A stretch of 64,000 nt of DNA from Phycisphaerae bacterium (GCA_963675745.2 CAXXWX010000003.1:64001-128000), one strand, 5' to 3'; numbered from the stretch's first letter, positions 48,692 through 57,369 are shown. The notes: generated by a model from the sequence alone, not told the origin. Program-made: numbers and translations.

Positions 48692-49803
48692 ATGCCGACC
48701 GAAAAGCAACGAATCTCTCGCATCGGCATTCTGACCGGCGGCGGAGACTGCCCCGGGCTGAACGCCGTAATACGCGTGGTCACCAAGGCCGCCATCACGC
48801 GTTTCGGCATGGAGGTCTACGGCATAGAGGATGGATTCCTCGGCCTGATCCGAAACCGCATGCGCCAGTTGACGTTCAACGATGTATCCAACATCCTCAC
48901 GGTGGGGGGCACCATCCTCGGGACAAGCAACAAGGCCAACCCGATTAACTTCGCCGTCGGCACGGACGCCGAGGGCAAACCGATCTTCGAAGACGTGACC
49001 AATCGCGTTATCGAACACATTTCCGAACGTCAGCTCGATGCGATCGTCTGCATTGGCGGCGATGGCACAATGAGCGGTGCGGCGGACCTGGTCAAACACG
49101 GCATCCGCTGTGTGGGAGTGCCCAAGACCATCGATAACGACCTGATGCACACCGATCTGACGTTCGGGTTCAGCACAGCCGTAGAGATTGCCACCGAGTG
49201 CCTCGATCGCATCCACTCGACGGCCTCAAGCCATCACCGGGTAATGGTCGTCGAGTTGATGGGGCGCAACGCGGGCTGGTTGACGTTGCACGCGGGGCTC
49301 GCTTCCGGTGCCGATATCATCCTGATTCCGGAAATCCCCTACGATCTGGACATCGTCGCCGATCATTGCGTCGCGCGCTCAAAACGCGGCAAGCGGTTCA
49401 CGATCATTGCCGTGGCGGAAGGGGCCATGCCCAAGGGTGGCCAGCAGGTGGTTGACAAGATCGTCTGCGACAGCCCCGATCCGATCAGGCTGGGTGGCAT
49501 CGGCACCGTGCTGGCCGAGCAGATCACCGCCCAGACCGGCCTGGAGACGCGCGCGACGATCCTGGGACACATTCAGCGCGGCGGTACACGCCGGTCGCTT
49601 TCGACCGCGTGCTGGCGATGCGGTTTGGTCACAAGGCGATCGAGCTTGTAGCGCACGAGCAGTTTGATCAACTGGTGGTGCTGCAAAAGGACGAGATCAC
49701 GTCGGTTCCGATTGAGGCGGTTGCCAACCAACAGCGAACGATTCCGCCGGAGGATTCGTTGCTGGCCGTCGCGCGATCGGTCGAAACCTGCCTGGGCGAT
49801 TGA
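48692..49803 (+). pseudogene. pfkA: 6-phosphofructokinase (PfkA family) with a +2 frameshift near 49587 (possibly sequencing error)
   Basis: TGGGDCPGLN, GGTILG, GGDGT, PKTIDND, ELMGR. GHIQRGG-TPVAFDRVLAMRFG is restored by removing a duplicated AC at 49586-49589. Confidence 0.88.
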
Positions 49804-49861
49804 ATGAAACGCGGTTCCATTATGTGCGGCCCGTCGCCGCGCGGGCAAGAAGGGCCGGGCC

Positions 49862-50414
49862 ATGCCAGGAAACCTCTGTGAGCATTGTGTTGGTTACTGC
49901 TGCCGGCACATCGCACTGCCAATAGAGACCCCCGACGATCGGGAAGACTTCGACGACATCCGCTGGTACCTGTTGCACGAGGGCGTGACGGTGTTTGTCG
50001 AGGACGAGGAGTGGTTTATCCACATCGAGGCCCGCTGCCGTCACTTGCAGCCGGACTTTCGTTGCGGGGTATATCACACGCGGCCGCGGATCTGCCGCGA
50101 ATACTCGACCGAGAATTGCGATTACCACTCCGGCGACTACGGCTGGGAGCTGCACTTCACCTGCGCCGAGCACCTCGACGCCTATGTCGAGAAAACCCTT
50201 GACTTCCAAGAAAAAACGGGTTACCAGTAAAGGAAAGAAATCATCCACAAAAACAAAAGCCGGCCGTAGCACAGAAACCAAGAAATCAAAGAAAATCAAG
50301 ACACGCCTGAAAATCAAGCTTGGGCGGCGCCCGCCGAATCCCGATCAGCGCTATAACCGGGCCGCGCTCGACATTCACGGCGTCGCCTTGCCCGTGCTGG
50401 GAGATCAACGGTGA
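49862..50414 (+). CDS. YkgJ-family cysteine cluster protein; Lys-rich tail in the +1 frame
   Basis: CEHCVGYCC...CRHL...CGVYHTRPRICREY. Frame 0 stops at 50230; the +1 frame continues (K-rich) to a TGA overlapping the hisS start. Confidence 0.8.
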
Positions 50415-51715
50415 AAGCTCAAACCCCGCCCGGCATGCGCGACTTCTATCCGGACGACATGCGCTTGCAGAACTGGCTCTTTGACCAGTGGCGCCAGGTC
50501 TCGCTGCGCTTTGGCTTTCAGGAATATGAAGGCCCCATCTTCGAATTCCTGGAGATGTACGAGACCAAGAGCGGCGACCAGTTGACCGCGGAGATGTTCC
50601 GGTTTGAGGACCGGGGGGGGCGTCGCTTCGCCATTCGCCCGGAGATGACGCCGACGCTGGCGCGCATGGTGGCCGCGCGCGCCAACGCCTTGCCGCGCCC
50701 GATCAAGTGGTTCAGCATCCCACGCATGTGCCGGGCCGAGCGTCCCCAGCGGGGGCGCTTGCGCGAGTTTTTCCAGTGGAACATCGACATCCTCGGCGTT
50801 GACGACGTGCTCGCCGACGCCGAGGTAATCGCCGTCGCGGTGGCCTTCCTTAAACAGGTCGGCCTCTCCAGCGACGACGTGGTAATGAAAATCAGCAGCC
50901 GCAAGCTCGCCACCGCCGTGCTGGCATCGATCGGCGTGCCGCCGGAGAAGTGCGCTGATGCGTTTCAGCTCATTGACCGCGCGGATCGACTGTCCGTCGA
51001 GGACTTCCAGCAGGCCTGGGATGAGGTATTCGGCGGCAAACCCGACGCCGGCGTGACCCGCGAACTGATCGAGACGACGGACCTCGAACACGCGTTGGGC
51101 CTTGCGGCCGAGAGCGCTTCCGGAGAAAGCGGTGGGGGGGTAGCCGCCGAGTTCCGCGACCTCTGGGAACGCCTCGGCGATTTCGGTGTCCGCGACTATT
51201 GCGCGTTTGATCTGCGTGTGGTGCGCGGGTTGGCGTACTACACCGGACCAGTTTTCGAAGCCTATATGCGGAAAACCGCCTTGCGCGCGCTCTTCGGCGG
51301 CGGACGCTACGACAACCTGACGGAACTGCTCGGCGGTCCACGCGTGACCGGTGTGGGCTTCGGTGCCGGCGACGTGCCCATCCTCGAGTGCCTGAAGGAG
51401 CTGAACAAGCTCCCGACGCCGGAAGGCGAGTTGGACGTGTTTGTCATCGACGCGGCAACTGAGATGTTCACGAAGGTGCTCGAAATTGCCAGCCGAATTC
51501 GTGATGCCGGCCTGACGGTTGACTTTTCGTACAAACGGCAAGGCGTCGGCAAGCAGTTCAAGCAAGCCAGTGCTCGCTGCGCCCGCTACGCGGTTATCGT
51601 CGGGTCCGAGTTCACCGAGCGCGGCGAGATCGTCCTGAAGAATCTCCAGAGCGGCGAACAGCACGCGCACGCGGCGGACAAGTTCCTGGCCGACCCACGG
51701 GCCGCCATTGTGTAG
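50411..51715 (+). CDS. hisS: Histidine--tRNA ligase
   Basis: PPGMRDF, RPEMTP, RAERPQRGRLREFFQ, RGLAYYTG, GGGRYD. Confidence 0.98.
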   Translation: MKAQTPPGMRDFYPDDMRLQNWLFDQWRQVSLRFGFQEYEGPIFEFLEMYETKSGDQLTAEMFRFEDRGGRRFAIRPEMTPTLARMVAARANALPRPIKWFSIPRMCRAERPQRGRLREFFQWNIDILGVDDVLADAEVIAVAVAFLKQVGLSSDDVVMKISSRKLATAVLASIGVPPEKCADAFQLIDRADRLSVEDFQQAWDEVFGGKPDAGVTRELIETTDLEHALGLAAESASGESGGGVAAEFRDLWERLGDFGVRDYCAFDLRVVRGLAYYTGPVFEAYMRKTALRALFGGGRYDNLTELLGGPRVTGVGFGAGDVPILECLKELNKLPTPEGELDVFVIDAATEMFTKVLEIASRIRDAGLTVDFSYKRQGVGKQFKQASARCARYAVIVGSEFTERGEIVLKNLQSGEQHAHAADKFLADPRAAIV

Positions 51716-51766
51716 CCAATGATGCGGCGACCAGCCAATCTAGCGGCCCGCACCTCGCAGCCGAAT

Positions 51767-51791
51767 GTAGCGGCCTGCGCCCCGCAGGCCG
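51767..51791 (+). repeat. GTAG-type REP-like hairpin downstream of hisS
   Basis: GTAG-CGGCCTGC-gcccc-GCAGGCCG, same GTAG-CGGCC start as the 483-508 element; a degenerate copy lies at about 51740-51763. Confidence 0.6.
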
Positions 51792-51798
51792 TTGGATG

Positions 51799-52101
51799 CG
51801 GGGGAACGCCTCCCAAGCCGGCAAACCCGTGAGCCGAAGGTCGCGACCGAACCGCGCACGAGTCCTGTCGGCACGAACCAGGCGAAGGCGGGCCGCGCAA
51901 GAATGCCAGTTACTCAGCAGAGATGCATGGACCGTTGCTGGACGGGGGGGCAGCCAAGTCGGCACGACAGCAACTTCGAAGTCACCAGAGTCGTCAAGAG
52001 TCCAGAACGTGCAACATGAAAAGTCCGATAAGAGATATTATGTTGCGGTCGGTGTCGGTTGCACCAGTCACCCGTATATCACGGACTGGGCCGTTCCCCC
52101 G
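51799..52101 (+). ncRNA. Candidate structured ncRNA (6S-like or novel), about 300 nt
   Basis: Nested end-pairing: CGGGGGAACG 51799-51808 with CGTTCCCCCG 52092-52101; CCCA/TGGG; CCG/CGG; GTGA/TCAC; GCGACCGA-ACCG 51843-51854 with CGGT-g-TCGGTTGC 52050-52062. G-U pairs favour the + strand; no credible ORF. Confidence 0.5.
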
Positions 52102-52159
52102 GGAGCGATTGGCCATGCGGACGAGTAACCACGCTGCTCGCACATGGTAGAACCGTGCC

Positions 52160-52477
52160 TCAGTCGCCCTCGTCTTCCAGCTTGTTGAAGTCGATGCGGT
52201 CGTGGATGAGGAGCTGCTTGTCGCGCTTGGTTGTGTCAAAAACGTAGAGGATCATCTGCTTCGACGCCGCGTCCATCACCAGCAGACCTTCCTTCGAGCT
52301 GCTGATGCTCTGTGTCGCCATGATGTAATCGGCGCCGCGGTCGTTCATTTTGGAAGCAAACGCCGCCGGCGGCGTCATGGAAATCAGCAGGAATCCAACG
52401 AACAGCACGCACGCCGTTATGCTCAGCACGCCGATTGCGAAGGTCTTGCCGTCCAGGTTGTTACGGGGTTGGCTCAT
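52160..52477 (-). CDS. Small exported/membrane-anchored hypothetical protein (paralog B)
   Basis: TM + PPAAFA + DRG.DY + LLVMD + LYVFD; GGGAG RBS. Confidence 0.8.
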   Translation of the reverse strand: MSQPRNNLDGKTFAIGVLSITACVLFVGFLLISMTPPAAFASKMNDRGADYIMATQSISSSKEGLLVMDAASKQMILYVFDTTKRDKQLLIHDRIDFNKLEDEGD

Positions 52478-52482
52478 CGTTA

Positions 52483-52767
52483 TTACTCCCTGTTGCGAAA
52501 GTCGGCTTCCAGGTCACGTGAGCCGCCATAGATCAAGGCGCGTTTCCCGCGCTCATAATAGAATGAGTGCAGCCGGCGCTGCTTCACATCCATCACAAAC
52601 ACTCCGTCAAACTCACTCTGAATCTCGGCCGTGACGATCAGGTAATTGCCGCTGAGCCCACGATCCTGGGCCAGGGCGGTCGGCGGCGAGGTGCTGACGA
52701 GGATGATACCCGTCAGCAGGATCAGATTAACGCAGACCAGTGCCGCCACTGCGTATCGTTTCAACAT
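52483..52767 (-). CDS. Small exported/membrane-anchored hypothetical protein (paralog A)
   Basis: Start MLKRYAV after GGAG; TM + PPTALAQ + DRG..GNY + VFVMD + FYYE. Confidence 0.8.
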   Translation of the reverse strand: MLKRYAVAALVCVNLILLTGIILVSTSPPTALAQDRGLSGNYLIVTAEIQSEFDGVFVMDVKQRRLHSFYYERGKRALIYGGSRDLEADFRNRE

Positions 52768-52814
52768 CGCAAAACTCCACGTGTACAACCGGCCCGGACC
52801 GAATCCGGTGCCGC

Positions 52815-53051
52815 CTAATCCAAGTGCGATCGGTGTGGGTGCTTGAAGGCCACCGCCAGACAGCCGACGATGAAGACGCAGCCGGCGAGCCATTGATACA
52901 ACGGCTTCTTGCGCTCCAGCAAACTGACCTCAGCCCAGTTCTTGGCCCGGTCATCGTCATCATCATCAGCCAGTGCCGTCGGCGACGCGAGCACGCACAC
53001 GCTCATGGCGCCGACAAACAGCCAGGTTCGCACACGGCAAAATCGTCTCAT
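52815..53051 (-). CDS. Tiny protein: signal peptide, acidic linker, C-terminal TM and FKxxxRSHLD tail
   Basis: MRRFCRVR...PTALA|DDDDDD...YQWLAGCVFIVGCLAVAFKHPHRSHLD; GGAG RBS. Confidence 0.78.
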   Translation of the reverse strand: MRRFCRVRTWLFVGAMSVCVLASPTALADDDDDDRAKNWAEVSLLERKKPLYQWLAGCVFIVGCLAVAFKHPHRSHLD

Positions 53052-53087
53052 GGTTTGAACTCCACACGGCACACAGCCGCTAACGCT

Positions 53088-53116
53088 ATGCTAGCCCCCC
53101 CACCAGAGTCGGGCAA
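53088..53116 (-). promoter_or_regulatory. sigma70 promoter for the small-protein operon
   Basis: Minus TTGCCC-N17-TAGCAT, about 37 nt upstream of ATG 53051. Confidence 0.5.
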
Positions 53117-53192
53117 CCCGCCAGCCGCGTTTGAAATGGCCCAGGTGCGCGCATAGGATGCCCGGCGCAGGCATCATGGTTGGAGACCCCGC

Positions 53193-53615
53193 GTGAATGG
53201 ACGATCAATAATGGCCGGTGCGCTGGTGCTTATGCTCGCCGGCGGCTGTGCGTCGCCGGGGGGCGTTGGCCAGAAGGAGATTGACGTGTCTGTTGATGAT
53301 CCGGATACCGACGGGCTCACCGCCTTTGTGTACTTCTTGCACCCCACTCGTGAAGGATTCAGCGAGAATCCAACCGACGAAGAAGTGTCCCGCGTGCAGG
53401 AGCATTTCCAGTATCTCAAGACGCTGACCGCACAGGGTGTTGTATTGCTCGCCGGACCGAGCACAGACCCGCCATTCACGGGCATCGTCGTCTTCAAAGC
53501 GGCGAATCGCGAGGCGGCCCAACGGATCATGGACGGCGACCCGGCCGTCCAGGCCGGCGTGTTTGAGGCGCGGCTGTCGGCGTTTCGCATGTCCCTGGTC
53601 GGAGACCTGAAATAG
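53193..53615 (+). CDS. YciI-family lipoprotein
   Basis: Lipobox LAGGC; EHFQYL..LLAGP..GIVVF..DPAVQAG. Confidence 0.88.
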   Translation: MNGRSIMAGALVLMLAGGCASPGGVGQKEIDVSVDDPDTDGLTAFVYFLHPTREGFSENPTDEEVSRVQEHFQYLKTLTAQGVVLLAGPSTDPPFTGIVVFKAANREAAQRIMDGDPAVQAGVFEARLSAFRMSLVGDLK

Positions 53616-53674
53616 TCAGCCCCCCTGGTGCCCGCTGCTTTGGGATGGATCACGCCGCGCGGTGGCTGGTGATA

Positions 53675-54775
53675 TTACGGTGTCGCGGCGGCCTCGGCGG
53701 CCATTTCATCCAGCCACGCTTCGAGCTTGGTCTCGAACAGGCGTCGCACCGCCGGCGGCAATTCGTCCTCACGAATAATCGCATCGAACGTCACACCATT
53801 CGACCCAACCGGGATGCTGATGCGAAACAGCCGTGGGGACTTTGAGATCGGTTGAGCCGCGTCTTTCGGCCCTGCGAAGTGGACACCGTCGGCGAGCACT
53901 TCATAGCGCAGGCCCGTGTTTCCGCAAAGCAGCTCGAGCGTCTGGCGCACCGACAGGTCGCGCTGGATGAGATCAACAGCGCGTTCGCGGGCTGAAACCT
54001 GCCCGAGCGCGCCCGGCTCAAAATACATCGTCAACCCGGCGCGACGCCCCAGGTCCAGCAGCAGCTCATCCAGCGGCACGCGGTGGTAGCTCATATCGAG
54101 CGTTCTATCCAGCCGGTGCTGTACATCTCCAAGCCGTGTCCGCACCACCACCGTGTCTCCGTCCACGGACCAGACCCAGCCGAGCCCACGCGCCACGTTT
54201 TCCCACTGGCGCAGCGCATTGTCTCCGCCGGATTCGGCCAGCATGTCCCGCAGTTCATCGCGCGTCGGTGGCGGCTCGTCCAGCTCGAAGCGAATCGATA
54301 CGCGCTGCCCTTCGAGTGCGGCCCAGCGGTCGGACGCGAGCGCCCCCAACAGGCCGACCTCCCTGACCGTCATACGCCGACCGATGCGCTCCAGCACCGG
54401 AGCCGGGAGCAATTCGACATGTTCCTGCCGCACGTCCATCATGAGTCCCAGGCTGTCCAGGAGCTGGCGCAGCCCCTCGCGCAGTGAGAGATCCTCAATC
54501 GTCAGCGACACGCGCGTGCGCACGCCGTACGGCATCAGGGCGATCACATCATCGGCAACCTCGAGCCGCACGCCGGTTTGATCTTCCAGCATCAACAACG
54601 CCTCGCGCAGCGGCTGATCATTGATGGTGATCCGCGTCACTGGCTGGTCGAGCGCCTCTTCAAGAAGATCGCGCACGTCGTCGCCGCCGGCGTACGGAAC
54701 GCCGAGCGACAGCGCGATGACAGTCAGCCAGGCGGTGGCGCTGTGACGGCGTGGTTTGTGGGCGCGGCGCTGCAT
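53675..54775 (-). CDS. Exported protein with two STN/secretin-N-like modules
   Basis: Signal peptide; LDQPV..INDQPLREALLMLEDQTGV..VSLTIEDLSLREGLRQLL and LDRTL..YHRVPLDELLLDLGRRAGL..VDLIQRDLSVRQTLELL. Confidence 0.72.
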   Translation of the reverse strand: MQRRAHKPRRHSATAWLTVIALSLGVPYAGGDDVRDLLEEALDQPVTRITINDQPLREALLMLEDQTGVRLEVADDVIALMPYGVRTRVSLTIEDLSLREGLRQLLDSLGLMMDVRQEHVELLPAPVLERIGRRMTVREVGLLGALASDRWAALEGQRVSIRFELDEPPPTRDELRDMLAESGGDNALRQWENVARGLGWVWSVDGDTVVVRTRLGDVQHRLDRTLDMSYHRVPLDELLLDLGRRAGLTMYFEPGALGQVSARERAVDLIQRDLSVRQTLELLCGNTGLRYEVLADGVHFAGPKDAAQPISKSPRLFRISIPVGSNGVTFDAIIREDELPPAVRRLFETKLEAWLDEMAAEAAATP

Positions 54776-54784
54776 GGGTCAACC

Positions 54785-55492
54785 TCAATAGAAGCCGAAC
54801 ATATACTGGTCGTCGGTCGCGCGGCCGGCAACGGGCGGTTCGACCAAAAGAAAGACCACCGGCCCGGTTTGGGCGGCTGTTCCGGGGGACTCAGCCCCCC
54901 CACTGTCATCGGCGATTAGTGTTATGCGCGCCGTGCCGTAACCGGTTGCGGCGGGCAAGTGCGTGTGGCCGGCGGGCGTCACCATCGCCATCGCGAAACC
55001 ATCGGCATCCGTGGCCACAGGCGCCTGCGATTGCCACGGTGGCAACGTGACCATCAAGACGACTGCCGCCGCCGCTGCCAGTAGGCCGCCGATCAGACGC
55101 AGCCGGCGTGGCCCGAGATTAGCCCGACTGCCGGCCCCCCTACCGCGAATCGCCGCCACTGTGCGGGCCCGGAATTTCGCCCAGTCAACGCGTTCGGCGA
55201 CTGTGGGCAGCCCGGCCAGCGCCTGCTCCAGATCGGATGCGCGTTCGGCGGCCTGCGCTTTGCCTTGGGCCGACGTCGCCGCAAGCGTCAATGTCCGCAC
55301 CCGCTGCCAGTCGATTCCGCCCGGCAGCAGCGTTGCGTCGCGGACCAGTTGGTCGAGACGCGTCCACGCGACCCATTCCTCGGCCAGTGCCGGCGTCTCC
55401 GTCACGGCTTGCTCGATCTGCCGGCGCAGGCCCGGCCGGGCGGGTTCGTCGAGCCATTCGGCGACCAGTTTTTCGAACGCGTCACGATCCAC
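54785..55492 (-). CDS. Putative transmembrane anti-sigma factor
   Basis: Directly after the ECF sigma; N-terminal FEKLVAEWLD helical domain, TM (GGLLAAAAAVVLMV), short C-terminal region. Confidence 0.75.
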   Translation of the reverse strand: MDRDAFEKLVAEWLDEPARPGLRRQIEQAVTETPALAEEWVAWTRLDQLVRDATLLPGGIDWQRVRTLTLAATSAQGKAQAAERASDLEQALAGLPTVAERVDWAKFRARTVAAIRGRGAGSRANLGPRRLRLIGGLLAAAAAVVLMVTLPPWQSQAPVATDADGFAMAMVTPAGHTHLPAATGYGTARITLIADDSGGAESPGTAAQTGPVVFLLVEPPVAGRATDDQYMFGFY

Positions 55493-55549
55493 GGGATCGT
55501 CCTCTTGCTTGCGAACCGGCGGATGGGGCCGAAGCCCGCGCCGCGAGGC

Positions 55550-56155
55550 TCACAGATGCTCTGCCAGCCGTACGCGCAGTGTTTTGCGGGCCTGAAATAC
55601 GTGCCACTTCACAGCCTCGACGCTGCAGTTCATGATGCCGGCGACTTCCTTCTGGGGCAACTGCTCGATACTGAATAGCACCAGCGCCAGTCGCTGTTGC
55701 TCCGGCAATTGCCCGATCGCATCCTGCACCACCTGCGACAGCTCGGCCGCCAGCACACGCGCTTCCGGGTGCGTGTCGGCGTGTTCGGGCGTGCCGACCA
55801 GATCGCTGCTCGATCGTCCTTCGTCGAGAATACAGTCCTCGAGCGATACCTTGGGCACCCCGCTGCGGCGGGAACGCCGGTAGTTGAGCGACAGATTGCT
55901 GACGATCCGCAGGAACCACGATCCAAACCTATCCTGTTTCTCAAGCGTGTCCAGGTTTCGGTACGCACGAATAAACGCTTCCTGACTCACTTCGAGGGCG
56001 TCGTGGAGATTGCCGAGCAGGCGGTAGGCCACTGATGTGGCCCGGCGTTGATAACGCTCGACGAGCGACTCAAAGGCGTCCGGCTGCCCGGCCAATACGG
56101 CCCGCACCAGCTCACCGTCCGTCGGGTCTGTATCGGTCGAACGCTTTGTCTCCAC
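55550..56155 (-). CDS. ECF (sigma-70 group 4) sigma factor
   Basis: DGELV..AFESLVERY..DALEVSQEAF..FGSWFLRIVSN; LPEQQRLALVL..EVAGIMNCSVEAVKWHVFQAR. Confidence 0.95.
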   Translation of the reverse strand: METKRSTDTDPTDGELVRAVLAGQPDAFESLVERYQRRATSVAYRLLGNLHDALEVSQEAFIRAYRNLDTLEKQDRFGSWFLRIVSNLSLNYRRSRRSGVPKVSLEDCILDEGRSSSDLVGTPEHADTHPEARVLAAELSQVVQDAIGQLPEQQRLALVLFSIEQLPQKEVAGIMNCSVEAVKWHVFQARKTLRVRLAEHL

Positions 56156-56171
56156 GTCACTACCTGCCTGC

Positions 56172-56199
56172 TAAGACACGCCCGGGGGCGAGTGGTTGG
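56172..56199 (-). promoter_or_regulatory. ECF-type promoter upstream of the ECF sigma gene (possible autoregulation)
   Basis: Minus ccAAC(56197-56195)-N17-GTCTTA(56177-56172). Confidence 0.5.
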
Positions 56200-56358
56200 G
56201 CGGTGTCAGGTATCGTCTGGTTGAATCTTACACGAATACGGTCCCGATAACGCACGGGCCGGCCATTGCATGGACGGCTGCGACCGCGGCGTTATTCAAC
56301 TAGAATCTCCCGATCAGGCGAAACAAGCTGTCTACGTGCGTGCGAGTCGGAGAAAACC

Positions 56359-57369
56359 GTGTCAGAAACGTCGGCATCGCTCAAACCGGGGCAACCGGAT
56401 GCATCACCGGCCAATCGCTTGCGGCTGGATTATCGTGATGTGCCGCCGCGCAAGACCACCGGGCCGCTTGTGGACGTGCATACGCACCTCAAGGCCGGCG
56501 ACGAAGCGCGGCTGTTCTTGGAGGTAGCTGAGGCCTACGGTGTTGGCCATGTCGTTACGATGGCCCCCCTGGAGCATCTGCCGGCCCTGCGAGCGGCCTA
56601 TCCCGGCCGGTTGAGCTTCATCGCGATCCCCAATTGGCGGCAGATGGACCGTTCGCCAGAATTCTCCCGGACCTGGATCAGCGATTTGGGCGAGTTTCGG
56701 GAGCTGGGGGCCCGGCTGTGCAAGTTCTGGGTGGCTCCGCTGCTGCGCGGCATGTACGGACTGACGCTTGATCACGAGTTCTTCACCCCGGTGATCGAGC
56801 GGGCGCTGGAGCTCGACTTCGACTTCATGGTCCACGTCGGCGATCCCGCGCTGTGGTTTGAACCGGGGGCACGTTACGCGGATAGTGCAAAGTACGGCAC
56901 ACGCCGTCAGCAGTTTGACCAGCTCGCGTGGTTTCTGGAGCGCGTTGCCCCGCGCGTTGTAATAGGCGCCCACATGGGTGGCAGCGTCGAGGATCTGGAC
57001 TTTCTCCAGGAGTTGCTTGACCGCTACCCGAATTATCACCTGGATAGCAGCGCGACGAAGTGGATCGTCCGCGAGGTCGCAACACAACCGGAGCGCGCGC
57101 GCGAGTTCATGATTCTCAACCAAGTGCGCGTGCTGTTCGGAACGGACCTCGTCACCGACCCACAGCACAGCTTCGACCACTACGCCAGTCGCTACTGGGC
57201 GCACCTGAAACTGTGGGAGACCCCCTACCGCGGCGAAAGCTCCATTGACGATCCCGACGCGCCTGACCCGCCAATGCTGAATGGTCTCGACCTGCCGGTG
57301 GAGACGCTGGATCGAATTTACCGTGGCAACGCCGAGCGCCTCGGGTTGGTGAGCTCCTCAGGCGGGTGA
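56359..57369 (+). CDS. Amidohydrolase_2-family metal-dependent hydrolase
   Basis: DVHTH, KFW, MVHVGD, GAHMGG, LFGTD, IYRGNAERL; GTG start after GGAG. Confidence 0.85.
   Translation: MSETSASLKPGQPDASPANRLRLDYRDVPPRKTTGPLVDVHTHLKAGDEARLFLEVAEAYGVGHVVTMAPLEHLPALRAAYPGRLSFIAIPNWRQMDRSPEFSRTWISDLGEFRELGARLCKFWVAPLLRGMYGLTLDHEFFTPVIERALELDFDFMVHVGDPALWFEPGARYADSAKYGTRRQQFDQLAWFLERVAPRVVIGAHMGGSVEDLDFLQELLDRYPNYHLDSSATKWIVREVATQPERAREFMILNQVRVLFGTDLVTDPQHSFDHYASRYWAHLKLWETPYRGESSIDDPDAPDPPMLNGLDLPVETLDRIYRGNAERLGLVSSSGG

Noticed and set aside
51790..52110. tmRNA, RNase P RNA or SRP RNA
   Set aside because: No tRNA-like T-arm/CCA end or tag peptide; RNase P-like fragments (GAAAAGTCC, GGCAAACCC) are in the wrong order; no SRP helix-8 CAGG-GNRA-AGCA motif.
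51792..52239. Several 62-110 aa ORFs in the hisS downstream gap
   Set aside because: No RBS or recognisable motif, atypical composition; better explained by RNA structure.
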